From NCBI GenBank assembly GCA_964360065.1, contig CAYHTW010000001.1, positions 86,289 through 150,288 of the forward strand: DNA of 64,000 nucleotides, written 5' to 3'. The notes below the pieces were generated by a model. That model did no database searches. It saw nothing but the letters and a program-made list of their open reading frames with translations, and was not told the origin of the DNA. Each line of letters opens with the position of its first letter. Position 1 is the stretch's first letter. Made by a program: the position numbers and the translations under genes. Source of the stretch: an uncultured Candidatus Saccharibacteria bacterium (GTDB taxonomy: Bacteria; Patescibacteriota; Minisyncoccia; UBA6257; Colwellbacteraceae). This document shows positions 12,354 through 22,810 of the stretch, piece by piece.

Positions 12354-12903
12354 TGATATCTGATTCGCTTACTCTGGCACTGACCGTTGTTTGTAGATTA
12401 ACGTCTATGTTTCGCGGACCCGCAATGGAAATAACCAGAGTGACGCGGGGTGAGAACTGGTCCGAAGCATCAACGCCTGTAACTATCACCTTAAATCTCT
12501 TCACCTTCACTTCCGGAGCCGTGATGGCACTCCATGTACTGCCTCCGTCTTTGGACAGTAAAAGGCATCCGACGGCACCAACAGCCTGACCACAGGCGAC
12601 ACTATCACTATTCTCCAGTTTATAGAGAACTACTTCATTTTTATAGTTAACAAACCACAGAACATCAGCGGTGGACTGCTGGAAACTGTAGCCGGTACGA
12701 ATTTCTCTGCCGATTTGCTCTATCGCTTGAGTGGCGTTGTTATTGGCGGCGGAGAGTTCTGTAATAATCCTCTGCATTCTAAGAGTTTCGAGGAATGTGC
12801 CGGTTGCCACTCCAATCAAAATCAGGAACATAGACATAGCCACCATCAGCTCAATTACAGTGAATCCAGCGCTATTTTTCATATTTACATTCATCATCTC
12901 CAA
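12346..12903 (-). CDS. Type IV minor pilin / pseudopilin (prepilin-type N-terminal methylation domain)
   Basis: GFTVIELMVAMSMFLIL class III signal. Confidence 0.7.
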
Positions 12904-13445
12904 TTATAAAAATGGTCTTCCAGATTAATTTCGAATTTAGCCCCAGCGCTGATTTTATAAGTAACTACTGAATTAACCTGTATCTCGTCTTCGGGAGCGT
13001 TCGTAATAGTTACAACGCGCCTATAAACACTCTGGTTGCCAGTATCGGTATCGTAGCTATAAAGACCGGTAGCCGGATCGTAGAAAAGATATTTATTCTC
13101 GCTACCGTTGACTAGGGTCGTGCTGTTGTATTGGATGCCGTAATACTTTGCCTCGGTAACCGCAAAACCGTAATTCCAAGCCCTACCGTTAATGAGGTTA
13201 GCGTCAAGAATGTTCTTTGTGACTTCTATGCCTTCGGCAGCCAGGTTGATAGCCACATACTCCTGGGCGGCTGTGTGATACATGTTAAGAGATCTGGAAA
13301 TAAGCACGAAAATGCCAAGCAAACCCACTACCATAATGCTGGTGGCGACAGTAGCCTCTATAATCAGCTGGCCCGCCTTGCTGCGAGACAGGTCCTTTTT
13401 ATTTTGTTGAGATTTTGCCTGCATTATCAATTTTAACCAAAACAT
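12894..13445 (-). CDS. Type IV minor pilin-like protein (atypical prepilin signal KAGQLIIEATVA)
   Basis: G-Q-L-I-I-E motif with Glu5 followed by hydrophobic helix. Confidence 0.55.
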   Translation of the reverse strand: MFWLKLIMQAKSQQNKKDLSRSKAGQLIIEATVATSIMVVGLLGIFVLISRSLNMYHTAAQEYVAINLAAEGIEVTKNILDANLINGRAWNYGFAVTEAKYYGIQYNSTTLVNGSENKYLFYDPATGLYSYDTDTGNQSVYRRVVTITNAPEDEIQVNSVVTYKISAGAKFEINLEDHFYNWR

Positions 13446-13995
13446 TTAAACTTTTATCTTTACTCTGCAAAGTCACCTTAGCTGACTGCAAAGACGGATC
13501 GGCGTTAGCGTTAACGAATACAGTTGGATCAGGCGGAACAAATAAAACGTCAGTTAAAGTAGTGTCGTCGCCAAACTGAACAGTGGTGTCTGGGACAGAG
13601 AAAACATCCAGTGTGCTGGTCAGCTTAACGTCGTCTTTGTCGTCATATACATAGCGGCGCGCAGGGTCATCTGCGGAACAATCAACTGCCGAGTCTCTAA
13701 AGATGAACACTTGTCCGACTCCCCTATTAACATGCACTCCATAACCGCAAATCTTAGATGCGGCAGGATCCGTAGGCAAATCCTTTTCATCAATGAGATT
13801 TTCATCAACAAAAGTAGCCACGCTTAAAGATTTAGCCCTAGAGATAAGATTAATGACTTTGGCCTGACTGCTTATTAAAAGTAGCTGCCGGCCAGACTCT
13901 CTAGCATAACCTATGAGTATCGCGGAAAGCACCAAAGTAATGCTCATCACGACGAGCATCTCTATAAGGCTAAATCCACCCCTAGGTTTCAACAT
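13399..13995 (-). CDS. Type IV minor pilin / pseudopilin (GspH/FimT-like)
   Basis: GGFSLIEMLVVMSITLVL prepilin signal. Confidence 0.7.
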   Translation of the reverse strand: MLKPRGGFSLIEMLVVMSITLVLSAILIGYARESGRQLLLISSQAKVINLISRAKSLSVATFVDENLIDEKDLPTDPAASKICGYGVHVNRGVGQVFIFRDSAVDCSADDPARRYVYDDKDDVKLTSTLDVFSVPDTTVQFGDDTTLTDVLFVPPDPTVFVNANADPSLQSAKVTLQSKDKSLNVLVKIDNAGKISTK

Positions 13996-14022
13996 AATCT
14001 TACTTAATTATAAGCTAAGAGG

Positions 14023-14907
14023 TTAGAAGTTTAACAGACCGAAGAAATCAAAATAACCTCGCATCAACTCATGCCCGAACAGATATATAAGAACCGTGGC
14101 CAGGGCCATAAATGGTCCGAAGGGTATAAAATCTTTCATAGTCTTAAGGCGCAACCCGATAAGAACAAGGCTGAATAAAGCTCCTATAATAAAAGAAGAG
14201 ACAAGGGCCAGAGCTGCATCCGGATAACCCATAAAGAATCCTATGGCCCCGGCAAGCTTTACATCCCCCAGGCCTATCCCCCTGCCACGCGACAATAAAA
14301 ACAACCCTCCGAATAAAACTAGGCCGAACAGGGCCCCGGAGAGATGGTTCCAAGGGAGGTTGGTACTACCTGGGAAGATGAGAGCGTAGTTCCCCAATAA
14401 TGACCACCCCCCTACCTCCGAAGATATTGATGCAGGATAGAAATATTGCGCGGTGATGAGGAGAAGTCCGGAGATAACAATAAAGATATTCACTCCATCC
14501 GGTATTAATCTCTCACGGAAATCTATAACAGACATTACTAACAGAGAGAAAAGAACTCCAGACCAGATAATCATCATTAAATACGGCAAGAGAGAAATAT
14601 CATAGATAGAATAGAATTTGAAGAAAACCAGAATAAATATGAGACCTCCCAAGAATTCTACGAGAGGATATTGAATAGTGAGCTTAACTCCGCAGGAACG
14701 GCACTTTCCACGCTGAATAAGAAAACTGAAGATGGGGATCAGTTCATACCAATTTAAGGTTTTACGGCAATGCGGACATCGAGAACGGCCCATAGCATTC
14801 TTCAGAATGGCATCGTGAACCGAATCATACCGAAGTATGAGTACATTAAGAAAACTTCCGAAAGACGTTCCCGCGATAAAGAGAAAAAAATAAATTAATG
14901 GAGACAC
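14023..14907 (-). CDS. pilD: Prepilin peptidase (A24 family)
   Basis: N-terminal Zn-binding CPHCRK..CRSCG, multi-TM A24 peptidase core. Confidence 0.9.
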   Translation of the reverse strand: MSPLIYFFLFIAGTSFGSFLNVLILRYDSVHDAILKNAMGRSRCPHCRKTLNWYELIPIFSFLIQRGKCRSCGVKLTIQYPLVEFLGGLIFILVFFKFYSIYDISLLPYLMMIIWSGVLFSLLVMSVIDFRERLIPDGVNIFIVISGLLLITAQYFYPASISSEVGGWSLLGNYALIFPGSTNLPWNHLSGALFGLVLFGGLFLLSRGRGIGLGDVKLAGAIGFFMGYPDAALALVSSFIIGALFSLVLIGLRLKTMKDFIPFGPFMALATVLIYLFGHELMRGYFDFFGLLNF

Positions 14908-14920
14908 TGGTATCTATAAT

Positions 14921-15385
14921 TTAGGAATGGATACAGTACTGTCGAGCAGTTTTATCACAAGTGCTGCCAAATTCGCTGCCTGTGTAGCTTTCTTTCAAGA
15001 TGCTCTTGCTGTCGGTTTGTAACTTGGTGCCTAAAACATAGTTAGATCCGTCGGTCCAGTAAGAATATATAGCGCCGGGAACAGGGTCTTCGGGGAAACG
15101 GCTAGGATCAACGATGCCAGCCAAGGCCGTTTCTAATTGAGTCCAAGTGAGGGAAGAAGCAGAAGAACAATCGGCGTTGCCTGGGTAGCGATCGCACCTG
15201 CTGAAATAAATCTCCAGATAGCCTTGGACATTCTTTAAGTCTCCGACACGGCGAGTGTCATTGGCGGTTTGTCTGGAGCTGTTCAAGGCCGCAAAGGCGA
15301 GTCCCGACATAAGTGCGATGATTGACAAAGAAATGAGCAACTCAATAAGCGTAAACCCAGATCTTTTGTTGTTTATATTTTTCAT
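14921..15385 (-). CDS. Type IV pilin (likely major pilin), 4 Cys
   Basis: SGFTLIELLISLSIIAL prepilin signal; 154 aa with two Cys pairs; located between pilC and pilD. Confidence 0.8.
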   Translation of the reverse strand: MKNINNKRSGFTLIELLISLSIIALMSGLAFAALNSSRQTANDTRRVGDLKNVQGYLEIYFSRCDRYPGNADCSSASSLTWTQLETALAGIVDPSRFPEDPVPGAIYSYWTDGSNYVLGTKLQTDSKSILKESYTGSEFGSTCDKTARQYCIHS

Positions 15386-15399
15386 GTTTATTTTTTGTT

Positions 15400-16608
15400 T
15401 TAAAAAGATTGAGCGAGGTTATAAATCGGAACTAGTATCGAAGCGAAGAGCCCACCTACCAAGACACCTATAACCAGCATCAACGCAGGCTGTATTAATT
15501 CTACCAAATTACCCAACAAGCTATCAACCTCTCTTGTGTAGAATGATGAGATACGGCCCAAAAGCTCTTCCAAACGTCCCGTGGACTCTCCGATAGCTAT
15601 CATTTGAGACACTAGTGGCGGGAAAAACTCTTCGTTTTTGCTAAGAGACTGCGATAAAAGTTCACCACGTCTTACGTCTTCGGCAACTTGGCGTAAAAGA
15701 TCCCGGTAGATGGTGCTACCCACCGTGACGCTGGATATTTCAAGGGTTTGCGAGATTGGAATGCCGCCTTTAATAAGAATACTTACAGACTCGGCAAAAC
15801 GAGCCACATAAAGCTGTTTTAATATCTTGCCGAAGATTGGCGTCCTCAAAGTTATTTCGTCTATGATACCCCTGCCTTCGGGAGTCCTGAAGTAATCAGC
15901 TATTAACACGAAGCTTCCTAAAAGAACTAGGATAATGGCCCACCACCAGGCGGCAATGAACTTACCTAAAACGAGAATCACTTTAGTGTAGGTTGGGATA
16001 TCAACGCCCGCTTCTAGGAAAATTGGTTCTATCTGAGGCAAAACTACCGCTGCCATAACACCCACCACAACCAAGAAAAGTAGTATAACTACCGCCGGAT
16101 AAATCAGGGCATTTTTAACTTTACTGGTAATAGCTACTTCTTTTTCCGTATAGTCAGCCAGGTAATTAGTGGCTTCCTCCATACGACCCGTAATTTCAGC
16201 TGAACGGATCAAGTTTACGTAGAAAGGAGAAAAAATGTTGCCGTATTTTTCCAATGATTGTGAAAGAGAAAGTCCTGCATCAACGTCGGAAATTATCTCA
16301 AAGACGGTGTTTTTAAGAATCGGGTGCTTAGTCTGCTTTTCCAGTGTCCGCAGAGATTCCGAAAGCGGAATCTTGGCCGAAAGCAGAGTAGCAAATTGCC
16401 TAGTGAAGACCATTAGGTCTTTGCCGCTGACTCTTTCCAGAAAACCAAAAAGTCCCTCATACCAGGCTTTTTTCTCGCTGTACTGGAGTGTGAGAATAAA
16501 AAGATCGTGAGAAGACAAGGTATTCACGGCCGCCTCGCGGGTAGGCGCCTCTATAAAACCAACCTGCAACTCCCCTTCTTTGGTTCTGGCTTTGTATTGA
16601 AGTTTCAT
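15400..16608 (-). CDS. pilC: Type IV pilus assembly platform protein PilC (GspF family)
   Basis: Two T2SS-F repeats, 3 TM segments, 402 aa. Confidence 0.9.
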   Translation of the reverse strand: MKLQYKARTKEGELQVGFIEAPTREAAVNTLSSHDLFILTLQYSEKKAWYEGLFGFLERVSGKDLMVFTRQFATLLSAKIPLSESLRTLEKQTKHPILKNTVFEIISDVDAGLSLSQSLEKYGNIFSPFYVNLIRSAEITGRMEEATNYLADYTEKEVAITSKVKNALIYPAVVILLFLVVVGVMAAVVLPQIEPIFLEAGVDIPTYTKVILVLGKFIAAWWWAIILVLLGSFVLIADYFRTPEGRGIIDEITLRTPIFGKILKQLYVARFAESVSILIKGGIPISQTLEISSVTVGSTIYRDLLRQVAEDVRRGELLSQSLSKNEEFFPPLVSQMIAIGESTGRLEELLGRISSFYTREVDSLLGNLVELIQPALMLVIGVLVGGLFASILVPIYNLAQSF

Positions 16609-16615
16609 GCCAGTA

Positions 16616-17686
16616 TTAAACTCTTTCCAGAAGAATTCTTAATTCGCTTGGATTGACCGAGTAGAGCTCGGCATTTTCCAAAGAAATTTCCTTCCTTCTG
16701 ACGAGTTCAGCCAAAGACCGGTTTAGAGTCGTCATACCTTCCTGCAAACTGGTCTCAATAACCAAGTCTATCTGATAAGTCTTTCTTTCCCTGATAAGGT
16801 TTCTGATGGCGGAATTAACAAACATAACTTCACAGACTGGTACTCTACCTCCTTCAATACGAGGCACCAACCTCTGAGATACGATAGCTACAAGAGTTGC
16901 CGCCAGTTGGGAAGTAATCTGCCCCTGCTGATCAGCGGGGAAAGAGTCAATGATACGGTCTATGGTTTGAGCGGCTGAATTAGTGTGCAACGTCGAGAAA
17001 ACTAAGTGACCTGTTTCGGAAGCGGTCATAGCGGTAGCAATGGATTCTGAGTCTCTCATTTCACCGATCATAATGACGTCGGGGTCCTGACGGAGCAGAG
17101 ATCGGAGAGAGCGGTGGAAGCTCGGGCTATCTGTTCTAATTTCTCTCTGGGAAACGATAGACCTGTCCTGGACGAATAAATATTCTATGGGGTCTTCAAT
17201 GGTGATAATGTGGTCAGTACGTTTATGGTTAACCTCATCAAGTAAAGCAGCCAAAGTGGTTGATTTGCCGTTTCCCGCCGGGCCCACCACCAAAACGAAA
17301 CCTTGGTTAAGTTTAGTCAGTTCGTGAAGTATCGGAGGCAAATTAAGTTCTTCAACAGTTTTAATTTCGCCAGCGATCAAGCGCAAAGCGGCAGCCATAA
17401 AACCTCTCTGGAAAAAGACATTAGCGCGAAACCTGGCTTTATCTTCGTAAGCATACGAGAAGTCAACGTCCCCGTACTTTATCATCTTATCTTTCTGCTC
17501 TGGAGTCAGAAGCGCCAATATTAACCCTTGGGTATCTTCTGGAGTAAGGATATTTTCTTTTTGTAGGGCAACTAAGATCCCGTCAATTCGAAGAGTCGGA
17601 CGGCGACCGACCGCCAAGTGCAAGTCAGAGGCGTTTTGTCTCGCTGTAGTGAGGAGTAGTTCGTTTAATTTTTCCTTGTAATCCAT
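16616..17686 (-). CDS. pilT: Twitching motility/retraction ATPase PilT
   Basis: ASDLHL motif, Walker A GPAGNGKST, 356 aa without GspII N-domain. Confidence 0.9.
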   Translation of the reverse strand: MDYKEKLNELLLTTARQNASDLHLAVGRRPTLRIDGILVALQKENILTPEDTQGLILALLTPEQKDKMIKYGDVDFSYAYEDKARFRANVFFQRGFMAAALRLIAGEIKTVEELNLPPILHELTKLNQGFVLVVGPAGNGKSTTLAALLDEVNHKRTDHIITIEDPIEYLFVQDRSIVSQREIRTDSPSFHRSLRSLLRQDPDVIMIGEMRDSESIATAMTASETGHLVFSTLHTNSAAQTIDRIIDSFPADQQGQITSQLAATLVAIVSQRLVPRIEGGRVPVCEVMFVNSAIRNLIRERKTYQIDLVIETSLQEGMTTLNRSLAELVRRKEISLENAELYSVNPSELRILLERV

Positions 17687-17743
17687 ATTGGTTTTAATTA
17701 TAGCTTATCTTATCGAGACTTAGCCATTTGTCGGCCATTCTTA

Positions 17744-19492
17744 CTAATTGTTATCGCTCGCAGCACTCTCTCTTATTACTTCTTCCATGGAAACAATACC
17801 GCCCAAGGCTTTAATAATACCGTCCTGACGCATAGTGAGCATACCTTGCCTCTTGGCCTCGTCTCTAATCTTGCCTTCCACCGGAGAGCTATTAATAATA
17901 TTCTCCAACTCTCTGGTCATACTGAAAACCTCAAAGAGCGCGATTCTGCCGATGGCTCCTTTATTCTTACAAACGGGACAGCCCGGAGCATGATAAATTT
18001 GATAGGGCTCTTTGTATTTTATCCTGGCACGGTCTTCGGGGTTGATGCCGGCAATTTCGTCTTTAATAATTTTAGCAATGTCGGGAGGAGCAGCTTCGGC
18101 CTTCTTGCAGTTATCACAAAGACGGCGCACCAGTCTTTGAGAAAGCATCACGTTAAGGGTTGATGGCAAAAGGAACGGCTCAACTCCCATATCAACCAAA
18201 CGCGGGATAACACCAACGGCGTTGTTGGTGTGGAGAGTGGAAAGAACAATCTGACCCGTAAGGGCGGCTTGCACGGCGAGTTTAGCGGTATCGGTGTCAC
18301 GGATTTCACCAACCATAATAATGTCAGGGTCTTGACGCACGATTTGTCTTAAGCCGGAAACAAAGTCGTAACCGATTTCCGGGTGAACCTGAGACTGGTT
18401 CAAGCCTTCCACGAAATATTCCACCGGGTCTTCCAGGGACAAAACATTGACGTCTTCTTTATTAAGCTGGGTTAAGAGTGCGTATAAAGTCGTGGTCTTA
18501 CCGCTGCCGGTAGGGCCGGTGACCAAAATCATACCGTAAGGACGTTTGACGGCCGCCATCACCAAATCGGCTGCCCTGCCCGTAAGTCCCAAGTTACCGA
18601 CTCCCTTCAAACCAACGGTAGGGTCCAAAACACGGATAGCGACTTTCTCGCCAACTGGGGTAGGAAAAGTAGAAACACGGAAATCTATGTCGCGCCCGAA
18701 GACAACGGTTCTGAATCTGCCGTCCTGCGGGACTCTGGTCTCATCGATTTTCAGATTGGAAAGTATTTTAATCCTGGATATGATCGGCTGATGTATCTCC
18801 AATGGGAAAGAAGTTACTTCCTGGAGGGCGCCATCTATTCTGAACCTGACTCTCACTCTCGTGCGCTGTGGCTCTATGTGGATGTCGGATGCCCCTTCTT
18901 CTATAGCTGAGCGGAGTGTGGAGGCTACGATTTTAATAATCGGGGCTTCATCGGAGATGGAACCGCCTTCATCTACCGAGACTATCTTCTGGCCGAAGGA
19001 TAATCCGCTGCCGGGCTTGATATTCAAAGACTTGATAGCCTGCTGCACCTCGGACTTGTAAGGAGAGTATTTTCTAATTACTAGTTCAAAATCAGCCGGA
19101 GTGATGATGTAAACGCCAAGACTCAATTTATTTTGCTTAGCGATAAAACGTAGCGCTTCCTGGGCACGGACATCGGTGGGGTGAAGCATACCGGCGACAA
19201 GCATTTTGTCGTCACGGCTCAACGGGACAAAGCCATAGGTCGTGGCGGTTTCCAAGGGTATAACTTTAATAAGTTCTTCCGTTATCTCGTCAGGTTTAAT
19301 TTTTTTATAAGGAATACCTAAAATTTCCGATTTAGTTTTGGCTACGGAAACTTCGTCCAGCAGGTGCCTAGTGTAGAGAATGTCTTCAACTGATTTCCCT
19401 GTTTGCCCAGACTCCAAAATAAGTTTTTGACCCAGCTCCTCCGAGAGGAGAGTTTTTTTAATAAGAGCTTCTATAAGTTGCCTATCGTTCAT
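17744..19492 (-). CDS. pilB: Type IV pilus assembly ATPase PilB (GspE family)
   Basis: N-terminal GspII domain, Walker A GPTGSGKTTTLYA, tetracysteine motif CDNC..CPVC. Confidence 0.9.
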   Translation of the reverse strand: MNDRQLIEALIKKTLLSEELGQKLILESGQTGKSVEDILYTRHLLDEVSVAKTKSEILGIPYKKIKPDEITEELIKVIPLETATTYGFVPLSRDDKMLVAGMLHPTDVRAQEALRFIAKQNKLSLGVYIITPADFELVIRKYSPYKSEVQQAIKSLNIKPGSGLSFGQKIVSVDEGGSISDEAPIIKIVASTLRSAIEEGASDIHIEPQRTRVRVRFRIDGALQEVTSFPLEIHQPIISRIKILSNLKIDETRVPQDGRFRTVVFGRDIDFRVSTFPTPVGEKVAIRVLDPTVGLKGVGNLGLTGRAADLVMAAVKRPYGMILVTGPTGSGKTTTLYALLTQLNKEDVNVLSLEDPVEYFVEGLNQSQVHPEIGYDFVSGLRQIVRQDPDIIMVGEIRDTDTAKLAVQAALTGQIVLSTLHTNNAVGVIPRLVDMGVEPFLLPSTLNVMLSQRLVRRLCDNCKKAEAAPPDIAKIIKDEIAGINPEDRARIKYKEPYQIYHAPGCPVCKNKGAIGRIALFEVFSMTRELENIINSSPVEGKIRDEAKRQGMLTMRQDGIIKALGGIVSMEEVIRESAASDNN

Positions 19493-19782
19493 CAGAACGG
19501 AGTGTATGGATTCTGACGACCGTAGAGGGTAGATGTAGGCGGGCCCACCAGTTGTTTCAGGGATTTATACACTGGTGAATCGGTAACATTAGAAACATCA
19601 AAGCTAATTTTGGAAACTTGCGCTACTGATTGCATTTCGGTAGACACAATTGCCTTTTCAATTCCCGGAGGTGACTTAAAAACGAAATACGTGCCGAGGC
19701 CAAGTACGGCCATCACTATCACTACTACGATTGTAATGAAGAGCGGGCTGTTATTTTTTTCTTGTTCAATTAGTATGGCCAT
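19492..19782 (-). CDS. Small membrane protein of unknown function within pilus operon
   Basis: Single TM helix; start overlaps pilB stop (ATGA); between pilO and pilB. Confidence 0.4.
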   Translation of the reverse strand: MAILIEQEKNNSPLFITIVVVIVMAVLGLGTYFVFKSPPGIEKAIVSTEMQSVAQVSKISFDVSNVTDSPVYKSLKQLVGPPTSTLYGRQNPYTPF

Positions 19783-19788
19783 AATTTT

Positions 19789-20349
19789 TTATTGGTAATA
19801 TGTATCTATTATCAAACTATAGTTTAGCGCGGTTTTGCCCGCGGCTCCTCCTACATCAACACTTAAGGAGCTAACATCCATGAGTCTGATATTGGTTTCT
19901 AACCCTTCCAAATAGCCTTTCACGTTCCTGTAGTCACCGGTGAATTTAACCGTGATTCTTACGATACCCACGGGCTTAATAAGAGAATCCTTAGGAACGG
20001 CTTTGATGGGCGGGTACTGTAGCGACAAACCGGTAATAGTCATGTTATTAAGCCCAGCTATGCCCTGGATTTGCTGCACAATAGATGGCACCTCTTCTTG
20101 GATTGGCAGAACCGTAGAGATGCTGTTCTGGATATCGGTCAGGCTTTGATACTGTCCCAAAAGTTTATTAACCGCGTTGATAGCATCTCTCTGATCGTTC
20201 AAAAGATTTTCATCGGCCAGCTGCTTATCTTTCAGGGTCTGTATATCGGAATAGGTCGGCACCACAAAGTTGGAGTAAACAACCACCGCTCCGATAAGAA
20301 GTCCGATGCTCCCCAAAATACTTATTAACCTATAAGTTGATGATTTCAT
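19789..20349 (-). CDS. pilO: Type IV pilus assembly protein PilO-like
   Basis: N-terminal TM, coiled-coil, position after pilN. Confidence 0.6.
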   Translation of the reverse strand: MKSSTYRLISILGSIGLLIGAVVVYSNFVVPTYSDIQTLKDKQLADENLLNDQRDAINAVNKLLGQYQSLTDIQNSISTVLPIQEEVPSIVQQIQGIAGLNNMTITGLSLQYPPIKAVPKDSLIKPVGIVRITVKFTGDYRNVKGYLEGLETNIRLMDVSSLSVDVGGAAGKTALNYSLIIDTYYQ

Positions 20350-20875
20350 TTTTGAAAGTAATTCTTAACGTGAATTTAACAGTTTTATCGGTAGCGGAAG
20401 AGTCGTCCAGTACAACTCTCTCTACCCAAGGCGAATTTTCATATAACGCCAGCTGTCCGGCCAAAACCTCATAAGAAGAAGCGTAGCCTTGAATCTTAAG
20501 AGTCTCGTCGGGGATGGTGAAATTAGTAGAAGTGTAAACGACTTTTTGGTCGGTAGCTGCTTCTATGAGAGGCAAAAGCTTGGAAGAAAGAACGTGCTTG
20601 GCAAGCATTCCCTTTAAGTTAGAAATCTGGGAGTAAAATTCAACGAAGTTACTTTGCTCGTCTGGAGAGATCTGAGTCGAAAGACTTTTTAACTCGTCTT
20701 CTGTTTTGATAATCTGTCCTTCTACATAAGGCTTATAGCCAAAAAGAAGTCCTAGGTAAGCAACGATGGAACATGCAAAAAGCAGGGAAAAAAGTATGAA
20801 CATACGCCACGGCCAGCCCACCGAGACGTGGTCTTTCAGAAATCTGTCGTTAGCTGTTTCTGTGTATTGAGCCAT
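20330..20875 (-). CDS. pilN: Type IV pilus assembly protein PilN-like
   Basis: Single TM bitopic protein directly after pilM. Confidence 0.6.
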   Translation of the reverse strand: MAQYTETANDRFLKDHVSVGWPWRMFILFSLLFACSIVAYLGLLFGYKPYVEGQIIKTEDELKSLSTQISPDEQSNFVEFYSQISNLKGMLAKHVLSSKLLPLIEAATDQKVVYTSTNFTIPDETLKIQGYASSYEVLAGQLALYENSPWVERVVLDDSSATDKTVKFTLRITFKNEIINL

Positions 20876-20876
20876 T

Positions 20877-21968
20877 TTACATAAATTGCCTGATGCCCAA
20901 GCCCAAGGCTACGGAGAAAGGCGGACCTATTTCCTTAATAAGCGGCGCCACTTCAGGCGGATAGGTGATTTTAGCGAAAGGATCGGCTTTGACTGCCGGA
21001 ATACCGAACTGGTCGGAAACATATTTCTCCAAACCAAGCAGGTTAGCTCCCCCGCCGGACAAGATAATGCGCTCTATCTTGCTCTTATAGTTCTTTTCGT
21101 AAGTATCTTTGGCCCTTTTCGCCTCTCCAAGTATAACATCCAATAGAGGCATCATTAAAGTGGAGAGTTCGTATTCACCACCCGTTCCCAAAAGTCCTTT
21201 CTGTTTTTTGAGTTCTTCGGCGCGTTTGATGTTGATGCCAAGGCTAGACGAAACAGCTTGAGTCAGAGATCCGCCTCCCCAATCTGTTTGCACGCTGTAT
21301 TTCAAAAGGCCTTTTTCGGCCACAAGCAGAGCCGTAGAGCGCGAACCGATATCAACTATCAAGGTGGTGGTGGGGTCGCCTGCTGTTAATACTCTTGCTA
21401 AACTTACGCCTTCTATTTCCAGGGCCTTCAAATTTAATCCGGCTGATTTAAAAATACGCTGGTACTTTCTGACTTGTTCGTTGGGCACCGAAACAAGGAA
21501 TACTTGCTGATGTTTAATCCCCTTCTCGTCTTCGTACTCGCCAACGGGAAGCCAATCAATGCTTACTTCCGAAATCGGCAACGGCACGAAAGCTTTTGCC
21601 TGGTATTCCATCGCCTGGGCAGTTTCTTGTGGAGACATGACGGGTACGTCCAGTAGCGCCGTGAAAGCGGAAAAAGTCGGCAGAGAAGCTATCACATCCG
21701 TTGTTTTTATTTTTAGATTTCTAAGCAGTTGGTTCATCAGCTCACCCGTTTCCTTGTCCAGCATTTTCAGGGTTGAGGTCTGGATAGCGTTATTAAGGCG
21801 CTCCAAGTGGCCGTAGGATTCCAAAACACCGTAGTTCCTAAGCGTGGGGTGTCCACCGCTTTCGGTCAGCTCAACAATCTTAATAGAAGTAGTGCCGATA
21901 TCCACACCTAAGTAAGTCTTCTTGCCCATGAGAGATCCAAGAGAACCGAAAGATTTCAAAAAATTCAT
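20877..21968 (-). CDS. pilM: Type IV pilus assembly protein PilM (actin-like ATPase fold)
   Basis: GVDIGTTSIKIVEL N-terminal actin-fold motif. Confidence 0.85.
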   Translation of the reverse strand: MNFLKSFGSLGSLMGKKTYLGVDIGTTSIKIVELTESGGHPTLRNYGVLESYGHLERLNNAIQTSTLKMLDKETGELMNQLLRNLKIKTTDVIASLPTFSAFTALLDVPVMSPQETAQAMEYQAKAFVPLPISEVSIDWLPVGEYEDEKGIKHQQVFLVSVPNEQVRKYQRIFKSAGLNLKALEIEGVSLARVLTAGDPTTTLIVDIGSRSTALLVAEKGLLKYSVQTDWGGGSLTQAVSSSLGINIKRAEELKKQKGLLGTGGEYELSTLMMPLLDVILGEAKRAKDTYEKNYKSKIERIILSGGGANLLGLEKYVSDQFGIPAVKADPFAKITYPPEVAPLIKEIGPPFSVALGLGIRQFM

Positions 21969-21983
21969 CTTAGTTATATTATA

Positions 21984-22053
21984 CCAGGTAGTAGAAATTC
22001 GGCTAATTTATATTTGTCGCAAAAAGCGACCAGCCGAATTTTCACTACCTGGT
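21984..22053. promoter_or_regulatory. Long imperfect palindrome in divergent pilM/comFC promoter region (candidate operator)
   Basis: ACCAGGTAGTAGAAATTCGGCT ... AGCCGAATTTTCACTACCTGGT, with a small central hairpin GTCGC-AAAAA-GCGAC. Confidence 0.45.
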
Positions 22054-22064
22054 TATATCTTAAA

Positions 22065-22745
22065 ATGAGCATCTTGAGAAAAAGTTGGGCTTTCGCGCTG
22101 GACATCTTCTTCCCTCCCCTCTGCCTAAATTGCCAAAACTATCTGGAGGAAAACGAAAAACCAGACTTGGTCTGCCGTGAATGTTTAGAGAAGATTGAGT
22201 TGAATAAGATCCTATTTCATCCTAATAATATTTCTGGTATTAACTTTTCACTGGCTGCTGCCGCTTCTTACAATGATAAAACCGTTAAGGAGCTAATCCA
22301 CCATCTCAAATACAATGGGCTAACGGGAGCGACTAAACCTCTGGGAGAGTTTATCTTGAAGTACTTAACCGACATTAACCTAAATAGGGCAGACTGGATT
22401 TTAGTTCCTATCCCCCTTCATTCATCAAAATACAGAAAGCGAGGCTTTAATCAGGCGGAGCTCATAATTGAAGAAGTAAACAAGAAGTTGAGGTTACAGA
22501 TTATTACCAAGGCACTAAAAAGAGTTAGAGAAACCGACCCGCAGATAACTTTTTCCGGAACGAAAAGGGAAGAAAATGTTAAAAATTGTTTCGGCCCAGG
22601 AGAAGAAATAAACCTGGTAAGAGATAAAAAAGTTATTTTAGTTGATGATGTCTACACTTCCGGCGCCACAATGAAAGAAGCGATAAAAGTTTTACGTAGG
22701 AATGGAGTTAAAGAAGTTATGGGGTTGGTAGTGGCGAAGGCGTAA
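22065..22745 (+). CDS. comFC: Competence protein ComFC (phosphoribosyltransferase-domain protein)
   Basis: N-terminal Cys cluster (CLNC..CREC), C-terminal PRTase motif VILVDDVYTSGAT; start taken at MSILRK rather than ORF-track 22014. Confidence 0.8.
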   Translation: MSILRKSWAFALDIFFPPLCLNCQNYLEENEKPDLVCRECLEKIELNKILFHPNNISGINFSLAAAASYNDKTVKELIHHLKYNGLTGATKPLGEFILKYLTDINLNRADWILVPIPLHSSKYRKRGFNQAELIIEEVNKKLRLQIITKALKRVRETDPQITFSGTKREENVKNCFGPGEEINLVRDKKVILVDDVYTSGATMKEAIKVLRRNGVKEVMGLVVAKA

Positions 22746-22810
22746 AATAGAATTTTAAAAAAAGTGTACTTAATTTATGGAAGGATAATTTCTCCCTAAC
22801 GTAGATTAAT

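Noticed and set aside
22014-22064. ORF-track start of comFC at 22014
   Set aside because: That start lies inside the palindromic promoter/operator. A downstream ATG (22065, MSILRK..) gives a typical ComFC N-terminus.
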